NCBI GenBank assembly: GCA_030057655.1 | Contig: JASGUQ010000040.1 | Span: 1,820 to 65,819 of the forward strand | Reading direction: 5' to 3' | DNA length: 64,000 nt | Source of the DNA: Bacillota bacterium | GTDB taxonomy: Bacteria > Bacillota > Clostridia > Christensenellales > Aristaeellaceae | Part shown: one piece after another, positions 29,227 to 37,960 of the stretch | Layout: each line of letters opens with the position of its first letter | How positions within the stretch are numbered: position 1 is the first letter of the stretch | The notes under the pieces: generated by a model | Told to the model about the DNA's origin: nothing | What the model saw: only the letters and a program-made list of their open reading frames with translations | Databases searched by the model: none | Program-made: the position numbers and the translations under genes

Positions 29227-29349
29227 AAAACACACCTCGATCTTGTTCACCACAGTTTACCACAAGATGGGAACAATTTCAGTCGTTAATTAAAAATTGT
29301 TCGTCTTTTGAAGCGTTGCCGCAGAAACAAACAACCTTAAAATTTGCGC

Positions 29350-29378
29350 TTGAATTCCTTTCCGGCTGATGATATACT
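29350..29378 (+). promoter_or_regulatory. sigma-A promoter for tRNA-Ala (TTGAAT-N17-TATACT with a TGn extension)
   Basis: Read directly. The -10 ends ~24 nt before the first base of the tRNA. Confidence 0.55.
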
Positions 29379-29401
29379 AATCGGGCGTTTAAAACGCACG
29401 C

Positions 29402-29477
29402 GGGGCATTAGCACAGTTGGTAGCGCGCGACATTCGCATTGTCGAGGTCAGGAGTTCGAATCTCCTATGCTCCACCA
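29402..29477 (+). tRNA. tRNA-Ala, anticodon CGC, with encoded CCA
   Basis: Hand-folded 76-nt cloverleaf. Acceptor GGGGCAT/ATGCTCC with the G3:U70 alanine identity pair. Anticodon arm CGACA-TTCGCAT-TGTCG. T-arm AGGAG-TTCGAAT-CTCCT. Discriminator A followed by CCA. Confidence 0.9.
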
Positions 29478-29480
29478 AAA

Positions 29481-29510
29481 CCTCTTGAGAAATCGAGGGG
29501 TTTTATTTTA
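29481..29510 (+). terminator. rho-independent terminator after the tRNA
   Basis: CCTCTTGA-GAAA-TCGAGGGG (includes G-U pairs) followed by TTTTATTTT. Confidence 0.6.
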
Positions 29511-29671
29511 CCAGCATTCAGAATGCAACCTCCCCAACAAAAGAAAAACCCGCAGGAGTTTTCAAAGATAAAACAGAATGCTATAATCTCGGAGTTCACG
29601 TTGTTGATGTGAGCAAGAGGAACCTGCATCGCAGCAGATTATTCCGGAATAATAAGGAGCGTAGAAACAGA

Positions 29672-30790
29672 ATGATTATTGGAACCGTGAGAGAAAGAAA
29701 GCAGCATGAGTACCGCGTCGGCCTGACACCTGACAACGTCGCCGCTTATGTGAAAAATGGCCATCAGGTTATTGTTGAAACCGGCGCGGGAGAGGGCGCG
29801 GGGTTTCCCGATGCAGAATACACGGAATCAGGAGCGACAATCGTCAATACGATGGAAGAGGTCTACAATTCCGTTGACATGCTGGTGAAAGTAAAAGAAC
29901 CGCTGCCCAATGAATATCCGCTCCTGCGCCCCGGGTTGATTCTTTTTGCGTATCTCCATCTGGCCGCTGACAGGCAGCAGGCGGAGGCGATCAAAACAAA
30001 GCGCGTAAAAGCCGTCGCGTATGAGACGATTGAGGAGCACGGCACTTTGCCCTGTCTGCGCCCGATGTCTGAGATCGCGGGAAGGCTTTCCATCCAGGAA
30101 GGGGCAAAGTATATCGAAAGCGCCTATGGCGGGCGCGGCATCCTGCTTGGCGGCATTCCCGGCGTGGAACGCGGAAATGTGGTCATTATCGGCGGCGGCA
30201 CGGTCGGCACCTATGCGGCAAAAGCCGCCGTCGGCATGGGCGCGCACGTCACCGTGCTTGACATTAATCTGAATCGCCTGGTTTATCTGGAGGACATCTT
30301 TGGCACCGGGATCTCCACGCTGTACGCGTCCGAAAAGAACATCAAAAAAGCGATTTCGGAAGCAGACCTTGCGGTGGGTACGGTCCTGGTTCCCGGCAGC
30401 GCCACCCCCAAACTGGTGCGCCGCGAACACTTAAAACTCATGAAGCGCGGCGCAGTGATCGTCGATGTCGCGATTGACCAGGGCGGATGCTTTGAAACTT
30501 CGCATGTGACCTATCATGATGACCCCGTGTTTATCGAGGAGGGCGTTGTGCATTACTGTGTGGGCAATATGCCCGGCGCCGTTCCAAGGACTTCAACGAT
30601 CGCGCTGACCAACGCTACGCTGCGTTACGGACTGCAGATCGCTGACCTGGGGCTGGAAGAAGCCGCGAGAAGAAGCCTTCCCATTGCCAAGGGCGTCAAC
30701 TACTACGACGGAAAATGCACGAACGCAGGTGTGGCGAAGGCATTGGGTGAAGACTACCACGACCTGGCCAGCTTCATAGAGTCAGTGTAA
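29672..30790 (+). CDS. ald: alanine dehydrogenase
   Basis: MIIGTVRERKQHEYRVGLTP…VVIIGGGTVGTYAAKAA…VDVAIDQGGC. An AAGGAG RBS is present. The upstream extension in the track ORF is basic junk. Confidence 0.93.
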   Translation: MIIGTVRERKQHEYRVGLTPDNVAAYVKNGHQVIVETGAGEGAGFPDAEYTESGATIVNTMEEVYNSVDMLVKVKEPLPNEYPLLRPGLILFAYLHLAADRQQAEAIKTKRVKAVAYETIEEHGTLPCLRPMSEIAGRLSIQEGAKYIESAYGGRGILLGGIPGVERGNVVIIGGGTVGTYAAKAAVGMGAHVTVLDINLNRLVYLEDIFGTGISTLYASEKNIKKAISEADLAVGTVLVPGSATPKLVRREHLKLMKRGAVIVDVAIDQGGCFETSHVTYHDDPVFIEEGVVHYCVGNMPGAVPRTSTIALTNATLRYGLQIADLGLEEAARRSLPIAKGVNYYDGKCTNAGVAKALGEDYHDLASFIESV

Positions 30791-31106
30791 CAAGTCCTTT
30801 TTTGCCCATCTGGCTCTCAAACAACCGCTTGAATCTATGCTTTGTGAAGGGTTTGGGCGGTTTTTTATATGGCGCGGTGGTGTTTCTGTGACGCCAGGCG
30901 GCATCAATCAGTGTTTTTCTGAACAAAGCATCATGGCGTTGACTGCAACAGCCAATCAAATCTGCTTGCACATCTGGCTTAACAGGCTTATTTTCTCAAA
31001 CCGGTCAGGATGAAAATCTGGAAAGTTTTTTTTGATTTAAGGATGCACTTATTGAGCCATTCATGTTACAATGCATAAAAACAAATACAAAGGAGGAGAA
31101 ACCCAT

Positions 31107-32975
31107 ATGAAAAAACGCATCATTTCCCTGATCCTGTCCCTGGTCATGCTGTTGTCGCTTGCTGTTGGCGTCACGGCAGAGACCTTTGAAGGCGAAAGCA
31201 AGGGCTACGGCGGCGTTCTGAAGGTGGCAGTGACCATCGAAGAAGGCAAGCTGACCAATATTGAAGTGCTGGAGTCACATGAGACGGCCGGCATTTCAGA
31301 TCCCGCTTTCGCGAAAGTTCCTGAAGCCATTATCGAACATCAGACCGTAGCGGTGGACACCGTTACCGGCTGCACCCTCTCCAGCAAAGCCCTGATCGAA
31401 GCGGTTACAGCCGCATGGCTTGCTTCCGGCGCTGCCCTGGAAGACATTTCCAAGGAAGTGGTTGTCGAAGCGGGAGAAAAAGAACTTGAAACCAAGACAG
31501 CCGACGTCGTCATCATCGGCGCAGGCGGATCGGGCATGACGGCAGCGGTTGAAGTGCTGCGCGCAGGAGGCAGCGTGCTGCTGGTTGACAAGATGCCCTC
31601 CATTGGAGGCAACACCATCGCTGCTGGCTCTGCCCTCAACGCCGCGGGCAGCGACATTCAAAAGACCGGCACCATGGCCGCTTCCAGCATTGAAGTGATC
31701 GAAGACCTGCTAGCGCTTGAACCCAAGGATGACAACATGAAGCGCTGGCAGGAGAATATCCGCAAGGAACTGGACGCCTACATCGCTTCCGGCGCTACCT
31801 ACGTGTTTGATACAGTGGATCTTCACAAACTGCAAACCTATGTGGGCGGTGACTATGTGGCTAACACGGCCCTGCTGGATGTTTTCGGCGACGGGGCGCC
31901 CGGCGCTCTTGAATACCTGAAAGAACTTGGTATGGAATGGCAGCCAAGAATCACAGCGGCCGTCGGCGCAACCTGGCAGCGCTCCCACCAGCCCGCCCGT
32001 ACCTTTGGCGGCGCTGGCAGCGACTTTGTCCTTCCCCAGTACGAGTTTGTGAAGGCCAATGGCGGCGAAATCGTACTTGAACACAAGGCTGAAGAACTGA
32101 TCATGGAAGACGGCCGTGTTGTGGGCGTCAAGGGCACTGCCAATGACGGAACCCCCTTTGAATACCGCGCCAACAAGAGCGTCATCCTCGCGACAGGCGG
32201 CTTTGGCGCCAATGTCGAGATGCGCCAGAAATACAACAAGTTCTGGGCCACCCTGGACGAGAATGTTCCCACCACCAACCAGCCCTGCGCAACCGGCGAC
32301 GGCATCGGCATGGCGCTGGCTGTCGGCGCCAACCTGGTGGGTATGGAATGGATCCAGATAATCCCCGCCGGCGATGCCAGCCTGTCCGCTTCAGTGGCCA
32401 ATGAAATGTACATCAACGCCGAAGGCAACCGCTTTATCGCTGAAGACGAGCGCCGTGACGTTCTTTCAGGCGCCATCCTTAAACAGACCGATACCTTCTG
32501 CTGGAAGGTGTCCAGCGGCTATTCCGTGGATGATATTCAAGGCGGCATTGACTACAAGGGCAACAAGATCGTTGACCTGGTAACAGCCGGCAAGGGTTAT
32601 CTGGGCGATACGATTGAAGATCTGGCCAATCAGATTGGCGTGGACGCAGCCAACCTGCAGGCCGCAGCCGACGCTTTCAACAAGGCCTTTAAAGGCGAAG
32701 CAGAAGATCCCTTTGGCCGCAAGCTCTTTGAGTATCCCATGGACAAGGGGCCGTACTACGCGACCCGGAGTTATGCCAAGGTTCACCATACCATGGGCGG
32801 CGTTGAAATCAACACCAACTGTGAAGTGCTGGACACCAACGGCAAGCCCATTCCCGGCCTCTTTGCCTGCGGCGAAGTGACCGGCGGCATCCACGGCGGC
32901 AACCGCCTGGGCGGCAACGCGATCGCGGACATCATCGTGTTTGGCCAGATTGCCGGGCAGAATGCTGTGAAATAA
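31107..32975 (+). CDS. secreted FMN-binding-domain / FAD flavoprotein reductase (fumarate/urocanate reductase-like flavocytochrome family)
   Basis: AGGAGG RBS and a signal peptide. FMN_bind domain (GYGGVLKVAVTIEEGKLTNIEVLESHET…VDTVTGCTLSS). FAD fold DVVIIGAGGSGMTAAVE. …HHTMGGVEIN…GLFACGEVTGGIHGGNRLGGNA. Confidence 0.88.
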   Translation: MKKRIISLILSLVMLLSLAVGVTAETFEGESKGYGGVLKVAVTIEEGKLTNIEVLESHETAGISDPAFAKVPEAIIEHQTVAVDTVTGCTLSSKALIEAVTAAWLASGAALEDISKEVVVEAGEKELETKTADVVIIGAGGSGMTAAVEVLRAGGSVLLVDKMPSIGGNTIAAGSALNAAGSDIQKTGTMAASSIEVIEDLLALEPKDDNMKRWQENIRKELDAYIASGATYVFDTVDLHKLQTYVGGDYVANTALLDVFGDGAPGALEYLKELGMEWQPRITAAVGATWQRSHQPARTFGGAGSDFVLPQYEFVKANGGEIVLEHKAEELIMEDGRVVGVKGTANDGTPFEYRANKSVILATGGFGANVEMRQKYNKFWATLDENVPTTNQPCATGDGIGMALAVGANLVGMEWIQIIPAGDASLSASVANEMYINAEGNRFIAEDERRDVLSGAILKQTDTFCWKVSSGYSVDDIQGGIDYKGNKIVDLVTAGKGYLGDTIEDLANQIGVDAANLQAAADAFNKAFKGEAEDPFGRKLFEYPMDKGPYYATRSYAKVHHTMGGVEINTNCEVLDTNGKPIPGLFACGEVTGGIHGGNRLGGNAIADIIVFGQIAGQNAVK

Positions 32976-33033
32976 GGTTTCATTCAGTTTATAACAACAG
33001 AACCAGGCATTCGGTTCGCCCAACCTGTTGGCA

Positions 33034-33071
33034 AATCCCCGGCTGGTCATTCAGCCGGGGATTTGTTGTTT
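33034..33071 (+). terminator. rho-independent terminator
   Basis: AAATCCCCGGCTG-loop-CAGCCGGGGATTT followed by GTTGTTT. Confidence 0.65.
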
Positions 33072-33334
33072 CGTCCTACATAGACTAATACAAAGAACAA
33101 AATAAGAACAGCAAAAAACCAGCATCAGCTTCAAATCAAGAAAAACCATCATGAAGCAATGAGGGCCTCATTCTTAAAGAACGCTTCAAAGCCGTCTCTA
33201 TTCATTATTTATGCTGATTATGTCGTAAAAACGCATCAACGGCAATGAAGAGACTGGAATTTAGAGTTATGCGCGCTCCCCGGCCGGGGCAATTTGCCTC
33301 CGGCAAATCTCTTGAATGCTCCTGCGTCAATCAC

Positions 33335-33363
33335 TTGACAAGCCCCCTTTCCTTTGCGATAAT
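33335..33363 (+). promoter_or_regulatory. sigma-A promoter TTGACA-N17-GATAAT
   Basis: Read directly. It lies ~160 nt upstream of the SBP start codon. Confidence 0.5.
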
Positions 33364-33371
33364 GGCATCAG

Positions 33372-33390
33372 TTGGTATGAAATTTACCAA
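33372..33390 (+). promoter_or_regulatory. operator-like inverted repeat TTGGTA-N7-TACCAA
   Basis: Perfect 6-bp arms, centred ~15-20 nt downstream of the -10 hexamer. Confidence 0.3.
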
Positions 33391-33525
33391 ATAGAATGTT
33401 TTTAATGCGCAAGCGCTGTTTGTAGTATATTAGTTTGACACAGGATGTTTCATCCGAGACCCGTATATCGTTCATTGCCCGGGGTGTCCGGGTAAAAATA
33501 TTCAATTTAGAAAGGGAGGAATCAA

Positions 33526-34941
33526 ATGAAAAGGCTTATTACTGTTCTGATCGCCATGGCAATGCTGCTGGGACTCATGTCCGCGGCGGTTGCCGAGGAA
33601 CCCGCCTTTGACCTGAAAGGAAACACCGTCAAAGTGCGTCTGTGGGACAGCCCCAACCCGTATGACGAGGCAACCGATGAGGTGCAAAAGGCTGAATGGC
33701 TGCCCCGTTATGAGGCAATTAAACAAAAATACAACGTCAACTTTGAGTTCTACACCTCTCCCAGCGAGTATGACGACATGCCTGCCGAGTGGATCCAGTC
33801 TGTAACAGCCGGCGCCCCGGTCTGGCACATTACCAACAACCTTTCTGTCATGTGGCTGCCCAACCTGGTGCGCAACAACGCGCTCAGCGACATCTCAGCC
33901 CCCCTGGCGGACATCGTCATGCCTGAGGTCTTTAAGGACATTGGCAAGTTTGGCGATGGCGGCTACGGCTACATCACCGGTTTCCCGGGCCCTGAGCCCC
34001 TGGTTTTCAACCGCAAGATGATCCTGGATGCCGGCATGGCGAAGGATCCTGCCGAAATGTTCATGGAAGGCAAATGGAGCTATGACGACGCCTATGCCTA
34101 CCTGACCGAGCTTCAGTCCAAACTGCCCGAAGGCGACTACGCCTTCTTCATCGATCCCATGTACTGGGGCCTGTACGCGCCGCCGGCCAACGGCGGAGCC
34201 CTGGCCATCCGTCAGGATTATTCCGTGGGCGTTGCGGACGACACCTTTATTGAGTCCATCGAGTTCTTAAAGAAACTGGTGGACGCGGGTGTTGTGCGCC
34301 CTGCCAACGTAACTGAAGACGGCAAGAAAGACTACTGGGGAACGCCGGCCGCTACCTTTGACGTAGGCGTTGAGGTGGCCATGACCCACCGCGCCCTTTG
34401 GCAGATGGGCACCCTGAACTCCAACAACCTGGATTGGGGCATCGTACCCTATCCCTGGGGCTCCGGCGTCAGCTTTGGCACCCCCGGCGATATTGAGACC
34501 ATCGAGGGCTACCATTCCATGTACTATGACGCGGGCATCACCGGATCCGTCCTGGCCGGCGTTGAAGCCGATTTCCCGGGCCTGGAGAAGGATTATGTCA
34601 TCGCGGCGCTCACCAACCTGACCTATGACCTGTTCTTCACAGAGGAAGCCCAGGCTGATATCGCGGCCATGGCTGCCCCCGATTACGAGCCGGAGATGCA
34701 GCTGGATCCCTTCCCCAGCATGGAAGACGCAGAATGCTATCAGTGGATGCGCGAGCGCATCATCTTCAACCCCATCGCGACCATGCAAAACGCCGGCCTG
34801 GGCAAGTCCTACGGCGGTGAAACAACCCTGTACGGCCTGCTGCGCAAGCCCTTTGAGGACAACCTCCCTGTCCGCTCCACCATGGAAGCGGCAGCCCCTG
34901 AGATAGAGTCCAGCCTTCGGGACGCGGGCATCCTGAAATAA
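33526..34941 (+). CDS. extracellular solute-binding protein (family 1, sugar-type)
   Basis: GGGAGG RBS and the signal peptide MKRLITVLIAMAMLLGLMSAAVA. Size and composition are typical of CUT1 SBPs. Confidence 0.85.
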   Translation: MKRLITVLIAMAMLLGLMSAAVAEEPAFDLKGNTVKVRLWDSPNPYDEATDEVQKAEWLPRYEAIKQKYNVNFEFYTSPSEYDDMPAEWIQSVTAGAPVWHITNNLSVMWLPNLVRNNALSDISAPLADIVMPEVFKDIGKFGDGGYGYITGFPGPEPLVFNRKMILDAGMAKDPAEMFMEGKWSYDDAYAYLTELQSKLPEGDYAFFIDPMYWGLYAPPANGGALAIRQDYSVGVADDTFIESIEFLKKLVDAGVVRPANVTEDGKKDYWGTPAATFDVGVEVAMTHRALWQMGTLNSNNLDWGIVPYPWGSGVSFGTPGDIETIEGYHSMYYDAGITGSVLAGVEADFPGLEKDYVIAALTNLTYDLFFTEEAQADIAAMAAPDYEPEMQLDPFPSMEDAECYQWMRERIIFNPIATMQNAGLGKSYGGETTLYGLLRKPFEDNLPVRSTMEAAAPEIESSLRDAGILK

Positions 34942-34949
34942 GCCCCTTT

Positions 34950-34981
34950 CCCGGCACGGGTTCCCCCGTGCCGGGTTTTTC
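34950..34981 (+). terminator. rho-independent terminator or attenuator between the two SBP genes
   Basis: CCCGGCACGG-loop-CCGTGCCGGG followed by TTTTTCT. Confidence 0.75.
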
Positions 34982-35083
34982 TATACCATTTTTGCGTAAA
35001 AACACATCGGAGGAATCTCTCCGTTGTCCAATTTGACGGAAACCCTATTATTTTCAGGTACTTGATAAGGTGGTGAGTTGTTC

Positions 35084-37960
35084 ATGAAAAAATTGCTGCT
35101 GGCCCTTTCGCTGCTGATCTGCCTGTGCCTGTGCATATCGGCCCTGGGGCAAGAGCAAGTATCATACGCAACCTGGCGATTGGGAGTGAGCGAAACCCCG
35201 CCGGGGGTGACGCCCCTTTCCGTTCCCCTGGATGCAGCAGTCGCCCAGGACATGCCCGGCTTTGAACTGCTGCCTGACGGCAGTTTATCCACAGGCGGGC
35301 AGGGTTCCGTCCTGTTTGAAGTGGATGTGCCGGAAGAAGCGCTGTATGAAATACAGGTGGAGTATATGCCGGGATCAGGCGGAGGCAGCGACATCCAGCG
35401 CAGCGTGCTGATCAACGGCTGCCTGCCCTTTATGGAAGCCGAAGGCCTTGTGTTTCATCGTCTGTGGAATGACGCAAACCGGGATTATCAAACCGTGGAA
35501 GGCAACCAGCCCTTCCCTTCCCAGGTTGAAGTTCCGGCATTCCGCACCGTTCGCCTGAGCGATCCCCTGGGATATGTGGTTCGCCCGTTTCTGTTCCAGT
35601 TCAAACAGGGCGTCAACAGCATCGTTTTCCAGTCCATTCAGGACGGGATGATCATCAAAAGCCTTCAGTTGATGCCGCCAGAAAAATTGCCGGAATATCA
35701 GGATTATTTGCAAACAGCTTTGCAGGCAGGCCTGAATTATTCGCAAACCGCGCCGGTTCAAATCGAGGCTGAGGAAGCTGCCGTTAAATCCAGCCCCAGC
35801 CTTTACCCGCTGAACGACCGCACCTCACCCAAAACCACGCCGTACCACCCCAGCTACATCGTGCTCAACAGCATTGGCGGCAGCGCCTGGAACACCCCGG
35901 GAGATTTTATCGCCTGGGATATTGAGGCACCGGAAGAGGGCCTTTACCGCCTTGGGCTCAGGTTTAAGCAAAGCACCCTCAGGGGCATGTATGCCGCCAG
36001 AAGCCTGCGCATCAACGGACAGGTTCCTTTTTCAGAGGCAGAGGAGCTGCGTTTCTACCATGGCAACGGGTTCCAGTTTGGCGTGCTGGGGGATGATAAA
36101 ACCACAGAAGGCGGCTACTGGTTCCACCTGCAAAAAGGCGTCAACCGCATTGAGCTGGCAGTGGCGCTGGGCGACCTGGGCGATGTGCTCAGCCAGATTG
36201 ATGACGCCACCGCGGACTTGAACAGCCTGTACCGGGACATCATCGCCATCACTGGCACCGCCCCTGACGTTAACCGCAACTATCAGCTCTTCCTGCGCGT
36301 GCCTGGGTTGCAGGACAACCTGATCCAGATGAAGGAGCGCCTGACCCAGATCCATGAGGCCTTAAGCGCCCTGATCGGCGAAGGCAACGAGCGGGCCGCG
36401 GGCCTGACGCGCCTGCTCTCCCTGATGGACGACCTGATCGAAGGGGAAGAACAGGTGGTCAAAAACCTGTCCTCCTTTAAAGAAAGCATCACCAGCATGG
36501 GCAAGTCCGTGCTTGACCTGAAGGATTCACCAATGGTGCTGGACTGGCTGATGCTGCTGGGCAAGGATACCCCGGAGATTGATGTCAGCGGAAGCTTTGG
36601 GGACAAAGTGAACCACAGCATCGGGGCTTTCCTGGGCTCTTTCACCAATGATTACAACGTGTCCGATCAGAAGCAAACAGACAGCGACCAGCCGGTCATT
36701 GATGTCTGGGTCTCTTCCGGCCGGGATCAGTTTCAGGTGATCCGCCGGCTGATCAACGAAAGCTTTACCCCGCTGACCGGCATCCGGGTCAATTTGCGCC
36801 TGATCGGAACGGACGTGCTTTTGCCTGCCACCTTCACCGGCACAGGGCCGGAGGTTGCGCTGCAAATCGGCAACACCGCGCCGGTTAATTTCGCCTTCCG
36901 TGGAGCTGCCTTGGATTTAATGGAGTTTTCTGATATCGATACGGTGCTGGAGCACTTTTTGCCGGCTTCCCTTGGCAGCTACCGCTATGAAGGAGGCCTG
37001 TACGCCCTGCCTGATCAGATGAGTTTCCCTGTTCTGTACTACCGGAAGGACATTTTAAATCAGCTGGGCATTGATGTGCCTGAAACCTGGACAGATCTGA
37101 TTGAACTGATTCCTGAACTGCAAAAAGGCAACATGGAGATCTACCTGGACACCAACCCGCCCCAGACCCTGGGCGCGGCTGTGAGCATGGGCAATGCCCG
37201 TCCGGTCAACACCGTGTTCCTGTCCCGCCTGCTGCAAACCGGCGGCCAGATATACAGCCCCGGCGGGGAGCGCTGCCTGTTTGATTCGGAAGAAGCCAAC
37301 CTTGCCTTCCGCTGGTGGACACAGTTTTACACCCAGCACGGGTTCCCCCGGGACATCGACTTTATCACCCGTTTCCGCCTGGGCGAGGTGCCGCTTGGCA
37401 TTGTGGATCTGTCCGCCTACAACGCCCTGGCCGTGTCCGCGCCTGAAATCCGCAACCAGTGGTCCATCGCCAAAGTGCCCGGCACAGAGCTGGAGGACGG
37501 CACCATCAGCCACGCGGTCCCCTGCGTCACAGGCGCCTCCATGATCATCAAAAACATCGCTGAAGCCAGAGGCACCAAAGAAGCCTCCTGGGAATTCTTA
37601 AAATGGTGGACCAGCCAGGACACCCAAAGCAAATACGCCCGGGAAATGGAAGCCATCCTTGGCCCTGCGGGGCGTTACCTGGTCTCCAACCTGGAAAGCT
37701 ACAAGGCCGCCAGCTGGCCGCTTGACATCAAGCAAACCCTGATGGAGGTGCTGGATGACCTGCACGGCGTGCCCGAGGTCCCCGGCGGCTACATCACCGG
37801 CCGTTACCTGAACAACGCTTTCCTGTCGGTGATCACCGCATATGAAAACCCCTCTGATGTGCTGTTTGAAAATGTGGTGCAGATCAACGATGAAATTGCA
37901 GCCAAGCGCGCAGAATTTGGTTTAACGACCGATCAAGCAGAAGGGGGGGAAGCGCAGTGA
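35084..37960 (+). CDS. 958-aa secreted fusion: two tandem beta-sandwich (CBM-like) modules, a helical linker and a C-terminal solute-binding domain
   Basis: Signal peptide MKKLLLALSLLICLCLCISALG. Internal duplication with an exact 200-aa offset. The C-terminal ~450 aa are SBP-like (VIDVWVSSGRDQFQVIRRLINESF…). Confidence 0.8.
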   Translation: MKKLLLALSLLICLCLCISALGQEQVSYATWRLGVSETPPGVTPLSVPLDAAVAQDMPGFELLPDGSLSTGGQGSVLFEVDVPEEALYEIQVEYMPGSGGGSDIQRSVLINGCLPFMEAEGLVFHRLWNDANRDYQTVEGNQPFPSQVEVPAFRTVRLSDPLGYVVRPFLFQFKQGVNSIVFQSIQDGMIIKSLQLMPPEKLPEYQDYLQTALQAGLNYSQTAPVQIEAEEAAVKSSPSLYPLNDRTSPKTTPYHPSYIVLNSIGGSAWNTPGDFIAWDIEAPEEGLYRLGLRFKQSTLRGMYAARSLRINGQVPFSEAEELRFYHGNGFQFGVLGDDKTTEGGYWFHLQKGVNRIELAVALGDLGDVLSQIDDATADLNSLYRDIIAITGTAPDVNRNYQLFLRVPGLQDNLIQMKERLTQIHEALSALIGEGNERAAGLTRLLSLMDDLIEGEEQVVKNLSSFKESITSMGKSVLDLKDSPMVLDWLMLLGKDTPEIDVSGSFGDKVNHSIGAFLGSFTNDYNVSDQKQTDSDQPVIDVWVSSGRDQFQVIRRLINESFTPLTGIRVNLRLIGTDVLLPATFTGTGPEVALQIGNTAPVNFAFRGAALDLMEFSDIDTVLEHFLPASLGSYRYEGGLYALPDQMSFPVLYYRKDILNQLGIDVPETWTDLIELIPELQKGNMEIYLDTNPPQTLGAAVSMGNARPVNTVFLSRLLQTGGQIYSPGGERCLFDSEEANLAFRWWTQFYTQHGFPRDIDFITRFRLGEVPLGIVDLSAYNALAVSAPEIRNQWSIAKVPGTELEDGTISHAVPCVTGASMIIKNIAEARGTKEASWEFLKWWTSQDTQSKYAREMEAILGPAGRYLVSNLESYKAASWPLDIKQTLMEVLDDLHGVPEVPGGYITGRYLNNAFLSVITAYENPSDVLFENVVQINDEIAAKRAEFGLTTDQAEGGEAQ

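Noticed and set aside
29344-29571. 75-aa ORF across the tRNA-Ala gene
   Set aside because: It is fully explained by the tRNA, its promoter and its terminator.
29402-30790. Functional coupling or T-box-like control between tRNA-Ala and the downstream alanine dehydrogenase gene
   Set aside because: A terminator separates them. No T-box sequence or specifier structure is visible in the ~160-nt spacer. The adjacency is most simply coincidence.
30774-30971. 65-aa minus-strand ORF between ald and the flavoprotein gene. A similar 99-aa ORF lies at 59800..60099.
   Set aside because: Both sit in promoter or terminator intergenic DNA. Both lack an RBS and have no recognisable features. The second also overlaps the start of the 60017 gene.
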